Of a stretch of 64,000 bases of DNA, positions 1 to 12,300 are shown one piece after another (within the stretch, counting starts at the first letter, position 1; each line of letters starts with the position of its first letter). Origin of the DNA: an uncultured Verrucomicrobiae bacterium. GTDB taxonomy: Bacteria > Verrucomicrobiota > Verrucomicrobiia > Chthoniobacterales > UBA10450. The stretch lies in NCBI GenBank assembly GCA_963772365.1, contig CAVYXA010000005.1:128001-192000 (forward strand), given 5' to 3'. The notes beneath the pieces were generated by a model. That model did not search any database, was not told the DNA's origin, and saw only the letters and a list, made by a program, of their open reading frames with translations. Made by a program: the position numbers and the translations under genes.

Positions 1-1557
1 TGGCCCATGATCGTCCTTAAGTCACCCAAAGGCTGGACCGGACCGAAAGTCGTCGATGGCCTGCAAGTCGAAGGCACCTTTCGGGCGCACCAGGTACCGA
101 TCCTAGTAGACGCTGAGCATCCCAATCACGTCGCGCTGCTCGAAAGCTGGATGAAGAGCTACAAAGCCGAAGAGCTATTCGATAAAAATGGCCGACTCAT
201 CCCGGAACTAGCAGAGCTGGCGCCGAAAGGCGACCGACGAATGGGAGCCAACCCGCACGCGAACGGCGGCATTTTACTTCACGATCTGCGAATGCCGGAC
301 TTCTGCGACCACGCAGTGCATGTGCCCTCACCTGGCGCCGTCGATGGCCAGGATACGATGGTGCTTGGTAAGTTTCTGCGTGACGTGGCCAGGCTAAATC
401 AAGATCAGCGCAATTTTCGCGTCTTTGGTCCCGATGAGACACTCTCGAATCTTTTGGGCGCGGTTTTCGAAGTCACCAACCGGCAATGGGACGCACGAGA
501 GGCGAAAAATGATGAGTTCCTCGCGCCTGCCGGACGCGTGCTCGACTCAATGCTGAGTGAGCATCAGTGCGAGGGTTGGCTGGAAGGGTATCTGCTGACC
601 GGCCGTCATGGGTTGTTCAACAGTTACGAAGCTTTCATTCGCATCGTCGACTCGATGTTCAGCCAGCACGCCAAATGGTTGAAGGTCACATCGGAGCTGC
701 CCTGGCGCCGGAAGATCGCGTCGCTGAACTATCTCCTCGCCTCCCACGTCTGGCAGCAGGACCACAACGGCTTTACGCACCAGGACCCCGGTTTCCTTGA
801 CCACGTCATCAACAAGAAGGCCGATATTGTGCGCGTTTATCTTCCGCCCGATGCCAACTGTCTGCTGTCGGTGTTTGATCATTGCCTGCGCAGTCGGCAC
901 TACGTGAACGTGGTGGTCGCGGGAAAACACGCGCTGCCCCAATGGTTGACCATGGATGCCGCCGTCGTGCATTGCACCGAAGGCATCGGCATCTGGCAAT
1001 GGGCCAGCAACGACCAAGGCACCGAGCCGGACGTGGTAATGGCCTGTTGCGGAGATACGCCCACGCTGGAGATTCTTGCCGCTGTTTCCATCCTTCGCGA
1101 GCATCTGCCCGCTTTGAAAATCCGGGTGATCAATGTCGTTGACCTGATGAAGCTGCAGTCTGCAAGCGAGCATCCGCACGGACTGAGCGAAACGGATTAC
1201 GACTCACTCTTCACTAAAGACAAGCACATCATCTTTGGCTTCCATGGATACCCCTGGCTGGTCCACCGGCTAACTTACCGCCGGACCAACCGCAACCTGC
1301 ACGTCCGCGGTTACAAAGAAGAGGGAACGATCACGACGGCCTTTGACATGAGAGTGCAGAACGACCTGGACCGGTTCCACTTGGTGCAAGACGTAGTCGA
1401 TCGCGTACCGCAGTTGGGCTCCAAAGGGGCTTATCTGAAGCAAATGGTGCAGGACAAACTTATCGAGCACAAGCATTACATTGATAAACATGGCGAGGAC
1501 ATGCCGGAAATTCGGAATTGGAAGTGGGGCGCTGGAAACGAAGGCAAAGCGGCGTAA
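1..1557 (+). CDS. xfp: Phosphoketolase (XFP family), 3' part; gene starts before the window
   Basis: Frame open from base 1 ([15 protein letters not shown]); motifs [52 protein letters not shown]. Confidence 0.95.
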   Translation, partial: WPMIVLKSPKGWTGPKVVDGLQVEGTFRAHQVPILVDAEHPNHVALLESWMKSYKAEELFDKNGRLIPELAELAPKGDRRMGANPHANGGILLHDLRMPDFCDHAVHVPSPGAVDGQDTMVLGKFLRDVARLNQDQRNFRVFGPDETLSNLLGAVFEVTNRQWDAREAKNDEFLAPAGRVLDSMLSEHQCEGWLEGYLLTGRHGLFNSYEAFIRIVDSMFSQHAKWLKVTSELPWRRKIASLNYLLASHVWQQDHNGFTHQDPGFLDHVINKKADIVRVYLPPDANCLLSVFDHCLRSRHYVNVVVAGKHALPQWLTMDAAVVHCTEGIGIWQWASNDQGTEPDVVMACCGDTPTLEILAAVSILREHLPALKIRVINVVDLMKLQSASEHPHGLSETDYDSLFTKDKHIIFGFHGYPWLVHRLTYRRTNRNLHVRGYKEEGTITTAFDMRVQNDLDRFHLVQDVVDRVPQLGSKGAYLKQMVQDKLIEHKHYIDKHGEDMPEIRNWKWGAGNEGKAA

Positions 1558-1585
1558 AACCCATGCACCGGTCAAAGGAATAATT

Positions 1586-1696
1586 ATGAAACACAAAATG
1601 AAAGCGGCAGTGGTTATGCAGTTTGGAAAGCCTCTGGGGCTTCAGGAATGGGACATCCCGACTGATGGCGATTACAAAGCCGTGATGGAAATATAA
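1586..1696 (+). pseudogene. 5' stub of a zinc-dependent alcohol dehydrogenase (AdhP-like)
   Basis: RBS AAAGGA then MKHKMKAAVVMQFGKPLGLQEWDIPT, a typical AdhP N-terminus, followed by 10 unrelated residues and a stop. Confidence 0.7.
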
Positions 1697-1717
1697 AACA
1701 AATGAAAGGAATCCAGA

Positions 1718-2080
1718 ATGCCCATTCAACTCAAAGAAGAAAACGGCGGGAAGATTCTCGTCGTTCACGTCAGCGGAAAACTGGCCAAGGCGGACTACGC
1801 GCACTTTGTTCCCGAGTTCGAGCGGCTTGTTCGACTGCATGGAAAGCTGCGCCTGCTGTTCGATATGACCGATTTCCACGGTTGGGATGCCGGCGCGGCG
1901 TGGGAGGATTTCAAGCTCGGCATCAAACATTTCGCCGACATCGAACGGCTCGCGATGATCGGGGATAAGAAGTGGCAGCATGGCATGGCGATATTCTGCA
2001 AACCGTTCACGAAAGCGACCATCCGATACTTCGATCACGCCGACGCCACTGAGGCGCGAAAGTGGTTGGACGAAGCGTAG
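1718..2080 (+). CDS. STAS/SEC14 (SpoIIAA-like) domain protein
   Basis: 120 aa, RBS AAAGGA; pattern VSGKL..DY..GKLRLLFDMTDFHGW..WEDFK..ERLAMIGD..W..EARKWL. Confidence 0.85.
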   Translation: MPIQLKEENGGKILVVHVSGKLAKADYAHFVPEFERLVRLHGKLRLLFDMTDFHGWDAGAAWEDFKLGIKHFADIERLAMIGDKKWQHGMAIFCKPFTKATIRYFDHADATEARKWLDEA

Positions 2081-2104
2081 CCACACCGGCCGAGACCGAC
2101 ACAA

Positions 2105-3127
2105 ATGGATGCGCAACAGCTTAAAGACACCGCGAAGGCGCTGGTCGCCGACGATAAGGGACTACTGGCGATGGATGAAAGTAATCCAACCTGCAACAGA
2201 CGATTTGCCAAATTAGGCATCCCGCAAACGGTGGAGGCCCGGCGCGCTTATCGGGAATTGATTGTAACTAGTCCCGGTCTCGGTGAGTGCATCAGCGGCG
2301 CGATTCTTTACGACGAAACAATTCGCCAACAGAAGAAAGATGGCACTCCCTTTATTAAGATCATCACCGATGCGGGAATTATTCCCGGCATCAAAGTGGA
2401 CACAGGTGCCAAGGAGCTGGCGGGTCATCCCGGAGAGAAAATAACCGAAGGTCTGGACGGATTGCGCGAACGCTTGACAGAATACTTGCAAATGGGCGCG
2501 CGGTTTGCCAAGTGGCGCGCGGTCATTGCCATCGACAATAAAATTCCCAGCGGGAGTTGTATTGAGGCGAACGCGCAAGCGTTAGCTCGTTATGCCGCAT
2601 TGTGCCAGGAAGCCGGATTGGTTCCAATCGTAGAGCCGGAAGTGCTCATGGACGGCAATCATACTTTGGAGCGGTGCCGCGAGGTCACGGAGGAAGTACT
2701 GCGAACGGTTTTCAACCAGCTGAATTCTCAGCGCGTGATGCTGGAAGGCATAATTCTCAAACCCAACATGGTGCTGCCGGGATTGACCTCACCGAAGCAG
2801 AAATCGGTGGACGACGTGGCCGACGCCACGGTGACGTGTCTCCTGCGAGCCGTTCCCGCTGCCGTTCCGGCAATTGCATTCTTGTCGGGTGGCCAATCCG
2901 GTGAACTGGCCTCGGCCCGTTTGAATGCCATGAATGTTCGATTCAAATCGCGACTGCCTTGGGCGCTGGCGTTTTCGTTTGCTCGCGCCATCCAGCAACC
3001 GGCTTTGGAAATATGGTCGGGCCAGGACGCCAACGTGAAAGCGGCCCAGCAAGCCCTGCTTCATCGCGCCAGGTGCAACTGGGCTGCTCGTGGCGGCGAA
3101 TACACTGCCGCGATGGACAAGGCATGA
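2105..3127 (+). CDS. Fructose-bisphosphate aldolase class I
   Basis: KGLLAMDES, GIKVDTG, FAKWRAV, VPIVEPEVLMDG, LKPNMV, FLSGGQS. Confidence 0.95.
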   Translation: MDAQQLKDTAKALVADDKGLLAMDESNPTCNRRFAKLGIPQTVEARRAYRELIVTSPGLGECISGAILYDETIRQQKKDGTPFIKIITDAGIIPGIKVDTGAKELAGHPGEKITEGLDGLRERLTEYLQMGARFAKWRAVIAIDNKIPSGSCIEANAQALARYAALCQEAGLVPIVEPEVLMDGNHTLERCREVTEEVLRTVFNQLNSQRVMLEGIILKPNMVLPGLTSPKQKSVDDVADATVTCLLRAVPAAVPAIAFLSGGQSGELASARLNAMNVRFKSRLPWALAFSFARAIQQPALEIWSGQDANVKAAQQALLHRARCNWAARGGEYTAAMDKA

Positions 3128-3309
3128 GCAGGACAACAAGTATCCCGCAACTCACAAAACCTGCAGCGAAATCACCGCGCGTTGGCCGGACTTCGTTGTG
3201 GATCAAGAAGTTCAGCGAAATCAGAATCGAAGATATTCCGCAGGTCGGTTTACATGAAAGAAAGCGCGGGCACAGGTCATCATGTGCTCGTTCCAGTTGG
3301 AAGAGATGA
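3124..3309 (+). pseudogene. 5' stub of a PEP synthase (similarity ends near 3249)
   Basis: ATGA overlap with the aldolase stop; WIKKFSEIRIEDIPQVG aligns with HIKSFREIGIDDVWLVGGK of the ppsA at 14334, then diverges. Confidence 0.7.
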
Positions 3310-3312
3310 TTC

Positions 3313-6300
3313 TCAAGCCCGCGGTTCCGTTCCCATTACCACGCGCACCTCGTGAGGCGCACCGTCGTTATGCAAAGTCACGATCTTGTCGGCGATGGCC
3401 TTTCCATCCACTTCTACGAGGACGACCCCGCGGGAGCAGTGGTCGGGATTCTCGACCGCGATGCGATAAAGGGTGTTTTGGTAACGGTAACGCAATCGAA
3501 AGTCGGGCCAATCTTTCGGGATGACCGGGTTGATCGTGAGCTTGTCACCGCGGCGTTGGAAGCCCAGAACTTCCTCGAGCCAGACCCGATACGTCCAAGC
3601 CGCCGCGCCTGTGTACCAAGTCCAGCCGCCGCGTCCGACATGGTCGGCTAACGAGTAAACGTCGCCCGCCATGATGTAAGGTTCGACCTTGTACCGTTCG
3701 CGATCCTCGTCTTCCCGGGCACGCTCGACCGGATTCAGCATTCGCAAAAGTCGCACCGCCTTGTCGCCATCTCCCCTGCGGGCAAAAGCCATGGGAACCC
3801 AGGTGGCGGCATGAGTGTATTGCCCGCCGTTTTCTCGCACACCGGGTGGGTAACCCTTGATGTATCCAACATCGGCGGTGGTCTTGTCGAAGGGCGGAGT
3901 GAAGAGCAAGATCAGGTCGTCGGCTTCACGGATGAGATTTTCCTCGAGCGATCGCAGGGCGACCTCGACGCGGCCGGGGTCGCCGGCACCGGAAATCGCG
4001 GCCCAAGTTTGCGGGAGCGAATCGATGCGGGCTTCGAGATTTTCGCTCGATCCGAGAGGCGCGCCGTCATCGAAGTATGCGCGGCGATACCACGCTCCGT
4101 CCCACGCCTGAGCGTCGACTGCTTTTGCCAACTCGGCAGAGCGGGCGCGGCAGGCCTGCGCTTCCTCGCCCAGTTCGCGCAGGATGAGCAGTTCCGCGAA
4201 ATCGTCGAGCACACAAATCTCAAACCAGGCGAGCCAGACGCTCTCGCCTTTGCCGCGCAGTCCTACGCGGTTGAGACCGTCGTTCCAATCGCCACTTCCG
4301 ATCAGCGGCAATCCGTGCGGGCCAGCGGTGGCAGTGCGAGCGAGGGCGCGCCGGCAATGTTCGAGCAGCGAGTCTTGTGTATGAGAGATGGTCGGAACCG
4401 AAAGGCTCTCCGTTTCCTTCGGCTCAAGCTCTTTGCCTTCGAGAAATGGTATTGTTTCATCGAGAATGGCGACATCACCCGTGGTGCGGACGTAATGCGC
4501 CGTGACGAAGGGAAGCCAGAGAAGATCGTCACTGATCCGGGTCCGCACGCCAGCACCTGAATCGGGATGCCACCAATGCTGGACGTCGCCTTCCACGAAT
4601 TGTCGCGCGGCCGCGCGCAGGATCTGGTTACGTGCGATGTCGGGTGCGGCGTGCACGAGGGCCATGACATCTTGTAACTGGTCACGGAAGCCGTAAGCGC
4701 CGCTCGATTGATAAAGAGCCGTGCGGCCCCAGAGGCGACAACTGAGCGTCTGATAAACCAGCCAGCGGTTGAGCAGAAAAGTTGTCGAAAGTTCCGGCGT
4801 CTCCACTTCGATCGTGCTCAGGAGACGCTCCCACCAACGCTTGGTTTCCTGAAATGCGGCTTCGACGTTCACGGGATCACGGAATCGCTTCACAAGTGCG
4901 CGCGCTTTTTCCTCGTCGTCCGTCTGCCCGAGAAGAAAAGTTATCTCGGCGCTCTGTCCGGGTTCGATCTCGACCACGACCTCCACGGCGGCGCAAGGGT
5001 CGAGGCCGGCGCCAACGTCGCCAGTCAATCGTTCGTGCTCCATCGCGGCGGGATCGCGCAGCGAGCGGTTACGCCCGATGAACACGGCGCGATCACCGGT
5101 GAACGAAGCGGGTGTTGGCGTCGAAGTGGCGAAAGTGATGCAGTCGCAAAATTCCGGGTTGTAGGAGTTGCGGGCGAACAGGCTCTGGCTTTGCAAATCC
5201 CATTTCGTGACCACATGCATGCCGGTTTCCTCGGGATCGGATCCGAGAACGAGCGTGGCGTAGGAGGTGACGGTCAGCTTGCGCCGGCGCGACGATCTGT
5301 TGCGCAGGCGCAGCCGCTGGAGGCGCACCGGCTGGCCGTCGGCGTCATCGACAGGCACGAAGATGAGCAGCCGTTGTTCGATCGCGTGGCTGTTGTGTTC
5401 AAAGGTTGTGTAACCCTGGCCATGCCGCGCGCGATAAGCGTCCTTCTCCCGAATCGGTTGCGGCGTGGGCGACCAAACGACGCCCATGTCATCGTCTCTT
5501 ATATATATAGCGGTGCCGGGCGGATCGGAGATCGGGTCGTTGAACCACGGGGTGAGGCGATCGGTCTGGCTGTTGCGGCCCCAGACACATTCGGCGCCCG
5601 ACTCGGAAACAAACGCGCCGAATTTCGGATTGGCCATGATGTTGATCCAGGGAAGCGGCGTTTGGCGGCCGGGACCGAGATAGATGACAAATTCCTTTCC
5701 GTCCTCGGTAAAGCCGCCAAGGCCGTTAAAGTATTTCAGCTCCATGAAGGCCAGCGGTGCGGAGGGCTCTTCCTGGAATTTCCGGGCGGGCATTAGGTGC
5801 TGCGGTTTCACGATGACAGGTGTGGTTGCGGCAAGTTGCTGGCGGAGCGTGCCGCGGGCTGCGACCAGGACCATCCGCGCAGCAGCCTGAAGCACGATCA
5901 GCTCTTCCTTCGAAATCTTCGTCGCCGAGCGAAGATAAACGCCACCGGGCAGATCCACCCCGGTCAGGTGCACCTGCGCTTCGGTGAGCTGGCGCAGGCG
6001 AGTAGTCAACGGTTCGTCATAACTCGGCGGTTCCTCGCTCACGAGAACGAGATCGACCTTCAAGCCACGCAGGTTCCAAAAGGTATGCGCAGTCAACATT
6101 TCGCGCACAACTTCGATGTCGCGGAGGTGACCGATCATGATGACGACAATCGGCAGGTCGCCGGAAATGCCCAGCCGCCAGAGCGCACGCTGACCCTCGG
6201 CGCGACGACCGAGACGCGCGGGCGGTGGTCGCAGTTGGGCCTGCGGAAAGACAATGAGCGCCGCCAGTTGTTGAAAAGTTTGTACATCGCCTGGCCGGAC

Positions 6301-9300
6301 GTGGAGCCGGCGCATCTCGAGTTGGGAATGGGTCCACGCGGTTTCGAATGCGCGCGCGCAAGTGTGAAACTCCGAGTAGCGCTCGACCAGTGCGACAACC
6401 GCTTCGCGCGACTCCGCCACTACCGTTACGAGCGCAAATTGAAATCGCTCATCAGGCAGAATTGCGACGCGCCGGCGCAGGCTAAAGATCGGATCGAGGA
6501 CGGCGCCGACACTGTTCGTTAGGGTGGTGGTAATCGCTTCGGGATTTGCCGGCGTCCGCCCTCGGCCAAGGAATTGGGCGCGGTCGGTTTCGAACTCGGT
6601 CGAGTCGATAAAAGAGGAGGACTCGGAGACCATGAGGTGCGCGGCCCACATCGGCTGATCGTCGGGAGCGCGGAGGCGACGCCGGGCGACCAGCGCCTGG
6701 CAATGCGGCAGCCATTCGGTTTCGATGAAGAGTTTGTTGAAAGCAGGGTGCGCGCGATCGGTCCGGTGCGGCGCAAGCGCGAGCTCGAGGTAACTGGTCA
6801 GCTCCAGCCGGCACAATTTGCGTGATGTATTTACCAGGGTCACCCGCCGGACTTCCGCGTCGTCTTCCGCGGAGACCGCAATTTCCGTGATCGTCTCGCA
6901 CGGTCCGCTCCTGCGCCGGAACTCCGCTTTGTCCGGCGTGAAACTCCAGGTGTGACGGCGCTCGGGAGTTCGGAGCGGTTGATGGGTATTGCTCCAGGTC
7001 GTTCCACTTTCCAAATCCCGGATATAACAAGCCGGACCCGAGACGTCGCAGGTCGCATCGGCGTGCCAGCGGGTCACGTCCAGATCCAGCCAGCGTAGAT
7101 TGCCTCCGCCGGAGTTCGTTACCGTGACCGAGCAGGTTCCATTGGAGAGCAAGTGGATGCGCGGCGAGGAGATGTCCGGTGTTTGCGCCACGACTGCGGG
7201 GCCGGCGCTTGGAATTGGCCGGGACAGGGGTCGCTCTTCGTGCACCTCACCGGTGGTGGGCAAAATTTGTTCCGGAATGTGCTCGTGCAGGAGCGGCTCG
7301 GTGGCGCGAATGCGCAAGTCGGAATGGAACCGCCTCCGCATCGCATTGTCATTTAAAGCGTTGTCATAGGCGAGGAGCGACATCCCCTGGTGATGCACCA
7401 TATAACAATGGATGATGATCCCGGCCGCGCCCCCGGGTTCGGTCCGTCGCGAATAGTCGATCGCTTCGTAGTAGCCGTAATCGCCGAGCAGCGCAGAGTC
7501 GCCCAAAGTGGCGAGCCACCGCAAATTCTTCGTGGCGGCCACCGGTTCCACGGCGAGAGCAAGCGCTGCCGCATACGGCGCAACGACCAGGTCGCGTTCC
7601 TGTCCGCGCTGCAAGGCCAGCGCCGGCACGCCGAACGCGCGGTATTGATAGACGTTGTACCGGTCGAGCGCGCTGAAGGCGGATTCCGAGATGCCCCACG
7701 GCACGCTGCTTTGCCTGGCATATTCAATCTGACAGCGCACGGCGTCGTGACAGGCGCGATCGAGCAGCGAATTTTCGTGCGTCTGGTTGAACAAGAGCGG
7801 CATCAAATATTCAAACATTGTCCCGCTCCAGGAAAGAAGCGGCAGCCGTCCGTAGGCCGAGCCGAAGGGGCGGCTTAAAGCCCACCAATGTTCCATCGGC
7901 ACTTCGCCGCGCGCGATGGCCAGGAAACTCGTTAGGCGCGCCTCGCTCGCGAGCAGATCGTAAAACGAGTTGTCGAGCCGGCGCTCCGCCACCTGGTAGC
8001 CAATGGCAAAAATCCGCCGTTCCTCATCATAGAGAAATCGCAGCCCCATCCCGCCTTCCAATTGCTGGCTCTGGGCGATCAATTCGTCCAACTGCGCAAG
8101 CTGTTCGGAGGCGCTCCGGCGTGAATGCTCCACCTCGGTGACGAGAAGATCGAGCCACTCGCTCACCGCGGGAGGAATCTCCGGTTGGTCGCGTCGTCCG
8201 TGGAAAGCAAGCAGGGGCACGAGCCCCGGGATGCCTTCGGTGGCGATATTGCGCAGCGAAAAGGTGGACGCGAGCGCCTCGCGCCGGGATTCGTGCGTCG
8301 CTTCCCCTAACGACATCAACTGGGGCGGCGGCGCCATCAGGATTTCCACCGGTCGAAGATATTTATCGATGACGCCGTTCCAGGCCGCGACCTGCTTCGA
8401 GATTTGTTGCGCCCAATAAGTGCGCGGATCGGTTTCCTGCTCGCCGAAGTGCAGCAGAATATCCTGCGCCGGCTCTCGAGCCGCCCGGACGCGCTCGAGG
8501 ATTTCCTCAAGATTCGCCGGCTGGCCTGTCGTCAGTTCCGCCAAGCGAAGGAAGGCTGGAGGACATTCCGTTTCCTTCGTTGGAGCGGCGAATTGCCGGA
8601 GCACGCCCAGCGTGTCGGCTATTCCACGCAACGCGCTCGCATCCAGAAGAGGACGCGCGGCGAGTTCATCGCAGCTGCTTTCAAAAGTCCACAGGCTCGC
8701 GAGCAAATTGCCGCTATCCACGGTGGACACATAGCGTGGATGCAACGGCTCAAGCGTCTTCAGGTCGTACCAATTAAAGAGATGACCTTCGAACCGCTCG
8801 AGCCGGCCCACGGTTTCGAGCGTGCCGAGATTGCGCGCCACCAGGTCGTCGATCGTGATGTAACCAAAATCATTCGCCGCCACCGTCGCCAGCATCCAGA
8901 GCCCGATGTTCGTCGGTGAAGTGCGCAGGAAAATTTCCCGCTTTGGCGTTTCCTGCACATTGTCCGGCGGCAGCCAGGCGGTTTGCGGCCCGACAAACTC
9001 ATCAAAATATCTCCAGGTGCGTCGCGCGGTCGTGCGCAGGAATCGGCGGTCGTCTGCCGTTAGGATTCCGCCGCGCCAGCTCTTCGCGGGACGATCAATC
9101 AGCATCACCGCCACCGGAAAGAGCGCCGACAAAAGAAGGAACGGAGCCACGGCCACCATCGCCGTTGGCCCCCGCCAGGCCGCGCCGGCAAAAAGGAGAA
9201 CGCAGGCAGCCGGGATCCAGAGTCGGTTGAGGACAAACCGACGCTGCTGATTTTTTACGCGTTGGCGGGCATCTTGCGCTGTCTCCCATTCCAGCAGCAG

Positions 9301-12300
9301 CCGATGTGTTCTGATCCGCCGGTAGGCGACGCGAGCGATGGCATCGAGGGCCATGCGCGCGTAATCCGCCAGAAAAATCACCGCGAACACCGAGCGCAGC
9401 AGGCGATCGCGCGGTTCGCGCCAGAATCTCGTCCCGGGCGGCGGCGGGTGGAACAGAAGATTGAGGAGAGAATTCAGGACCGCCCACAACATGAGGCCCG
9501 CGATGAGCCCGCTCCACAACAGCGGCGCAGGCGTGAAAAGCCAGCCCGCCAGGAGAAGGGCCACGGTCGCCGGCGGCACCAGACTACGGCGCAGATTGTC
9601 GAAGATCTTCCACCGGTTGAAAGCCGACAGCGGGTTTGGTTCAACCTTGCCGCCGACCACAGGCACGCGCGGCTTCAGCCAATCAATGATTTGCCAGTCG
9701 CCGCGAATCCAGCGGTGCTGCCGATTCCACCATTCGATGTAACTGCTCGGAAAAACATCCAGCAGCTCGATGTCGGTCGCCAGCCCTACCCGGATGTAAC
9801 TGCCTTCCAACAGATCGTGACTGAGCAAATGCGCCGTCGGAAATCGTCCGGACAAGAGGCGATGAAACGTTTGCAAGTCGTAGATGCCTTTGCCGTGATA
9901 ACTGCCTTCGCCCACCAAATCCTGGTAAACATCGGAGACGGCGTGCGTGTAAGGATCGATCCCGCGCGGATCGGCAAAGATGCGCGAGAACCACGTCGCC
10001 CGCGCGCTCGGCAGCGATGCACTGACGCCCGGTTGAATGATCGTGTAGCCGCGAATCACCCGACGGCTATCCGGCGAAAGACGCGCCTGATTCAGCGGAT
10101 GCGCCAAGGTTTCGACCAATCTTCGGGCGGTGTCGCGCAACAGTTGGGTATCGGCATCCAGCGTGATAACAAATCGGATGCCCTCGAGCTGGGCGCGATC
10201 GCCCGCGCAGAGGAATCCTTCCAGCTCGGGCGCGGATTCGCCGATGAGGAATCGATTGAGCTGCTCAAGCTTGCCGCGCTTGCGTTCCCAGCCGATCCAG
10301 CGTTGCTCGCTCTCGCTCCAGGTGCGTCCGCGATGAAAAAGAAAGAAGCGCCCCGCTCCGTGTCGGCGATTCAATTCCTCAATCCCGCGGGCCACGATGT
10401 CGATATACTCTGCGTCCTCTGGCATGCTCTCCCGCAGTGCGTCAGCAAAATCCGTCACGAGCGAAAAGCGCAGATTCGCATCCGTATTTCCGAGGTAACG
10501 AATTTCGAGGCGATTGAGTTCGTTCTGGATTGCGGCCGGAGTGGTCAGCAATGTCGGCACCACCACGAGCGTCCGGCAATCATCGGGGATGCCTGTTTTT
10601 TTGAAGGACATTTTGGGCAAAACCTGCGGCGGGAGGAGCGAGGTAACGAAATAATTCACGGCCAGCACCGCCACCTCACTTGCGGGCACGAGCAGCAAAA
10701 CTCCCAGCAGCCCGAGTGTCAGTCCGTGAGTCGATTGAGCGACGAAAAGGAGAGGCGCTGCCACCAGCGCAACCGTGAACAGAAAAGTGGTTCCGAAATA
10801 TGCTCCCGCCGCGTGCGCGCGAAGCCATCGACGAGAGCGTTCGGCCAACCGAACTCGCGCGCCTGTCGCCCGCTCGAGCGCTGGCCGCCCCGCATCGATC
10901 AAATAATAACCAACGTGCCGTGCGACTTCGTCCTCCGCGGCCTTCGCGAGCAAGAGCGCCTGGTCGATGGTTTTTTGTTCCGAACAATTTGACCATCGGG
11001 CGATTTCCTCCACCGCGCTCCGGCATCGATCGCGCGTCTCAAAATTTTGGCGGGCATAAACGCCGGCGGGATCGGCCGCCAACTCGCTTTCCGCCCAGCT
11101 GGTCGATTCGAAAAGTTCCCGCCACTGGATTTGCGCAAGGCGGCGGCAACTATTGATCACATTGGCGAGCGCTGTCTGTTGCACCGCCTGGCGGCGATGT
11201 TCCTGCTGAATGACTTCGAGCAACGGCGCGCGAAGAGCGCGCTCCAGCCAGCCGCTCACCATCGGGAGCGCTGCCTCCTCGTCGTAGAGATGCGCCACCA
11301 ATTCGCTCGCAAAATGCGGCGCCGGCTCGGGATGATGTTCCACGAGTTCTTTCATCATCTCGAGCAATTGCGGAGAACCATGCCGGACCGCTGTAATCAG
11401 TCGATTCGCCCAAAAGTCTGCCTGCTCGCTCTGGCTTTGCTGTTGCTCGACCTGGATCGCGAGCGCGCGCAGACCTTCCAGCAACTGCAATCGCAGCATC
11501 AGTGGGAGGGCCCAGAGTTCTCCGATGTCCAGCGGCGCGATCGCCTGGAAAGCGACCAGAAATTTCCGGATGACCTCCGCCTCCAACGCGCCGCCGCTCT
11601 CGGCCACCATTTCCGAAGCCACCTGGTAAACCCTCGGCAAACCCGCCTCGGGTCCGCTGCCGATGAGAGGCAGCTTCCCATAATACGTTTGCGGGAGACT
11701 CTCCCGCAGATCGATGATCTGTTCCCGAATCAAATAGGCGTTATCGAGCAGCCACTCCGCCGAAAGCGTGAAGGCGTGATGCACCTCGGCCGACATCGTG
11801 AGACTCGCGTTCGTCCATTCCAGCGCCTGCTCGATCTCGCTCAACCGGCGCAGAAAGGATGGCCCGCGCGGCTTTGCTTCGCGGTCGACCGGGATTGTGT
11901 CGGCAAGGCGCGCCGCATTTTCTGCGAGCCGCTGACCCGACGGCAGTTCATGACCGAGCGGTCGCGTGGTTGATCCAAATGGGAAAGGCGGCGGCGAATG
12001 AAATGCAAACGTGACGGGCGCCTCTGCTTCCACGTCCCGCAAAATCGTGACCACGCTTGCTGTTTCGCTGGCTTTGACTTCAGCCAGCACCACCGTTTCA
12101 CCTGGCAGGATCGTGCTTGTGCAACGGGCGAGGCTCGCATCGTCAACGTGCCGCTCACGCAATCGAACAAGGAGCCACCCGGCCAAAGCGCCAACCAGCA
12201 TTAACGCAGTCAAGAGCAACGCAAGCTCGACTCTCCGGTAGAGGGCAACCATTCCGCGTTCCCACAAAATGATGGCGCCAACGGCCACGCTGAGGGCTGA

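Noticed and set aside
9262..10992. Long antisense ORFs opposite cgs (also 4708-5796 and 11047-11973)
   Set aside because: Antisense shadows of a GC-rich gene with no recognisable domains
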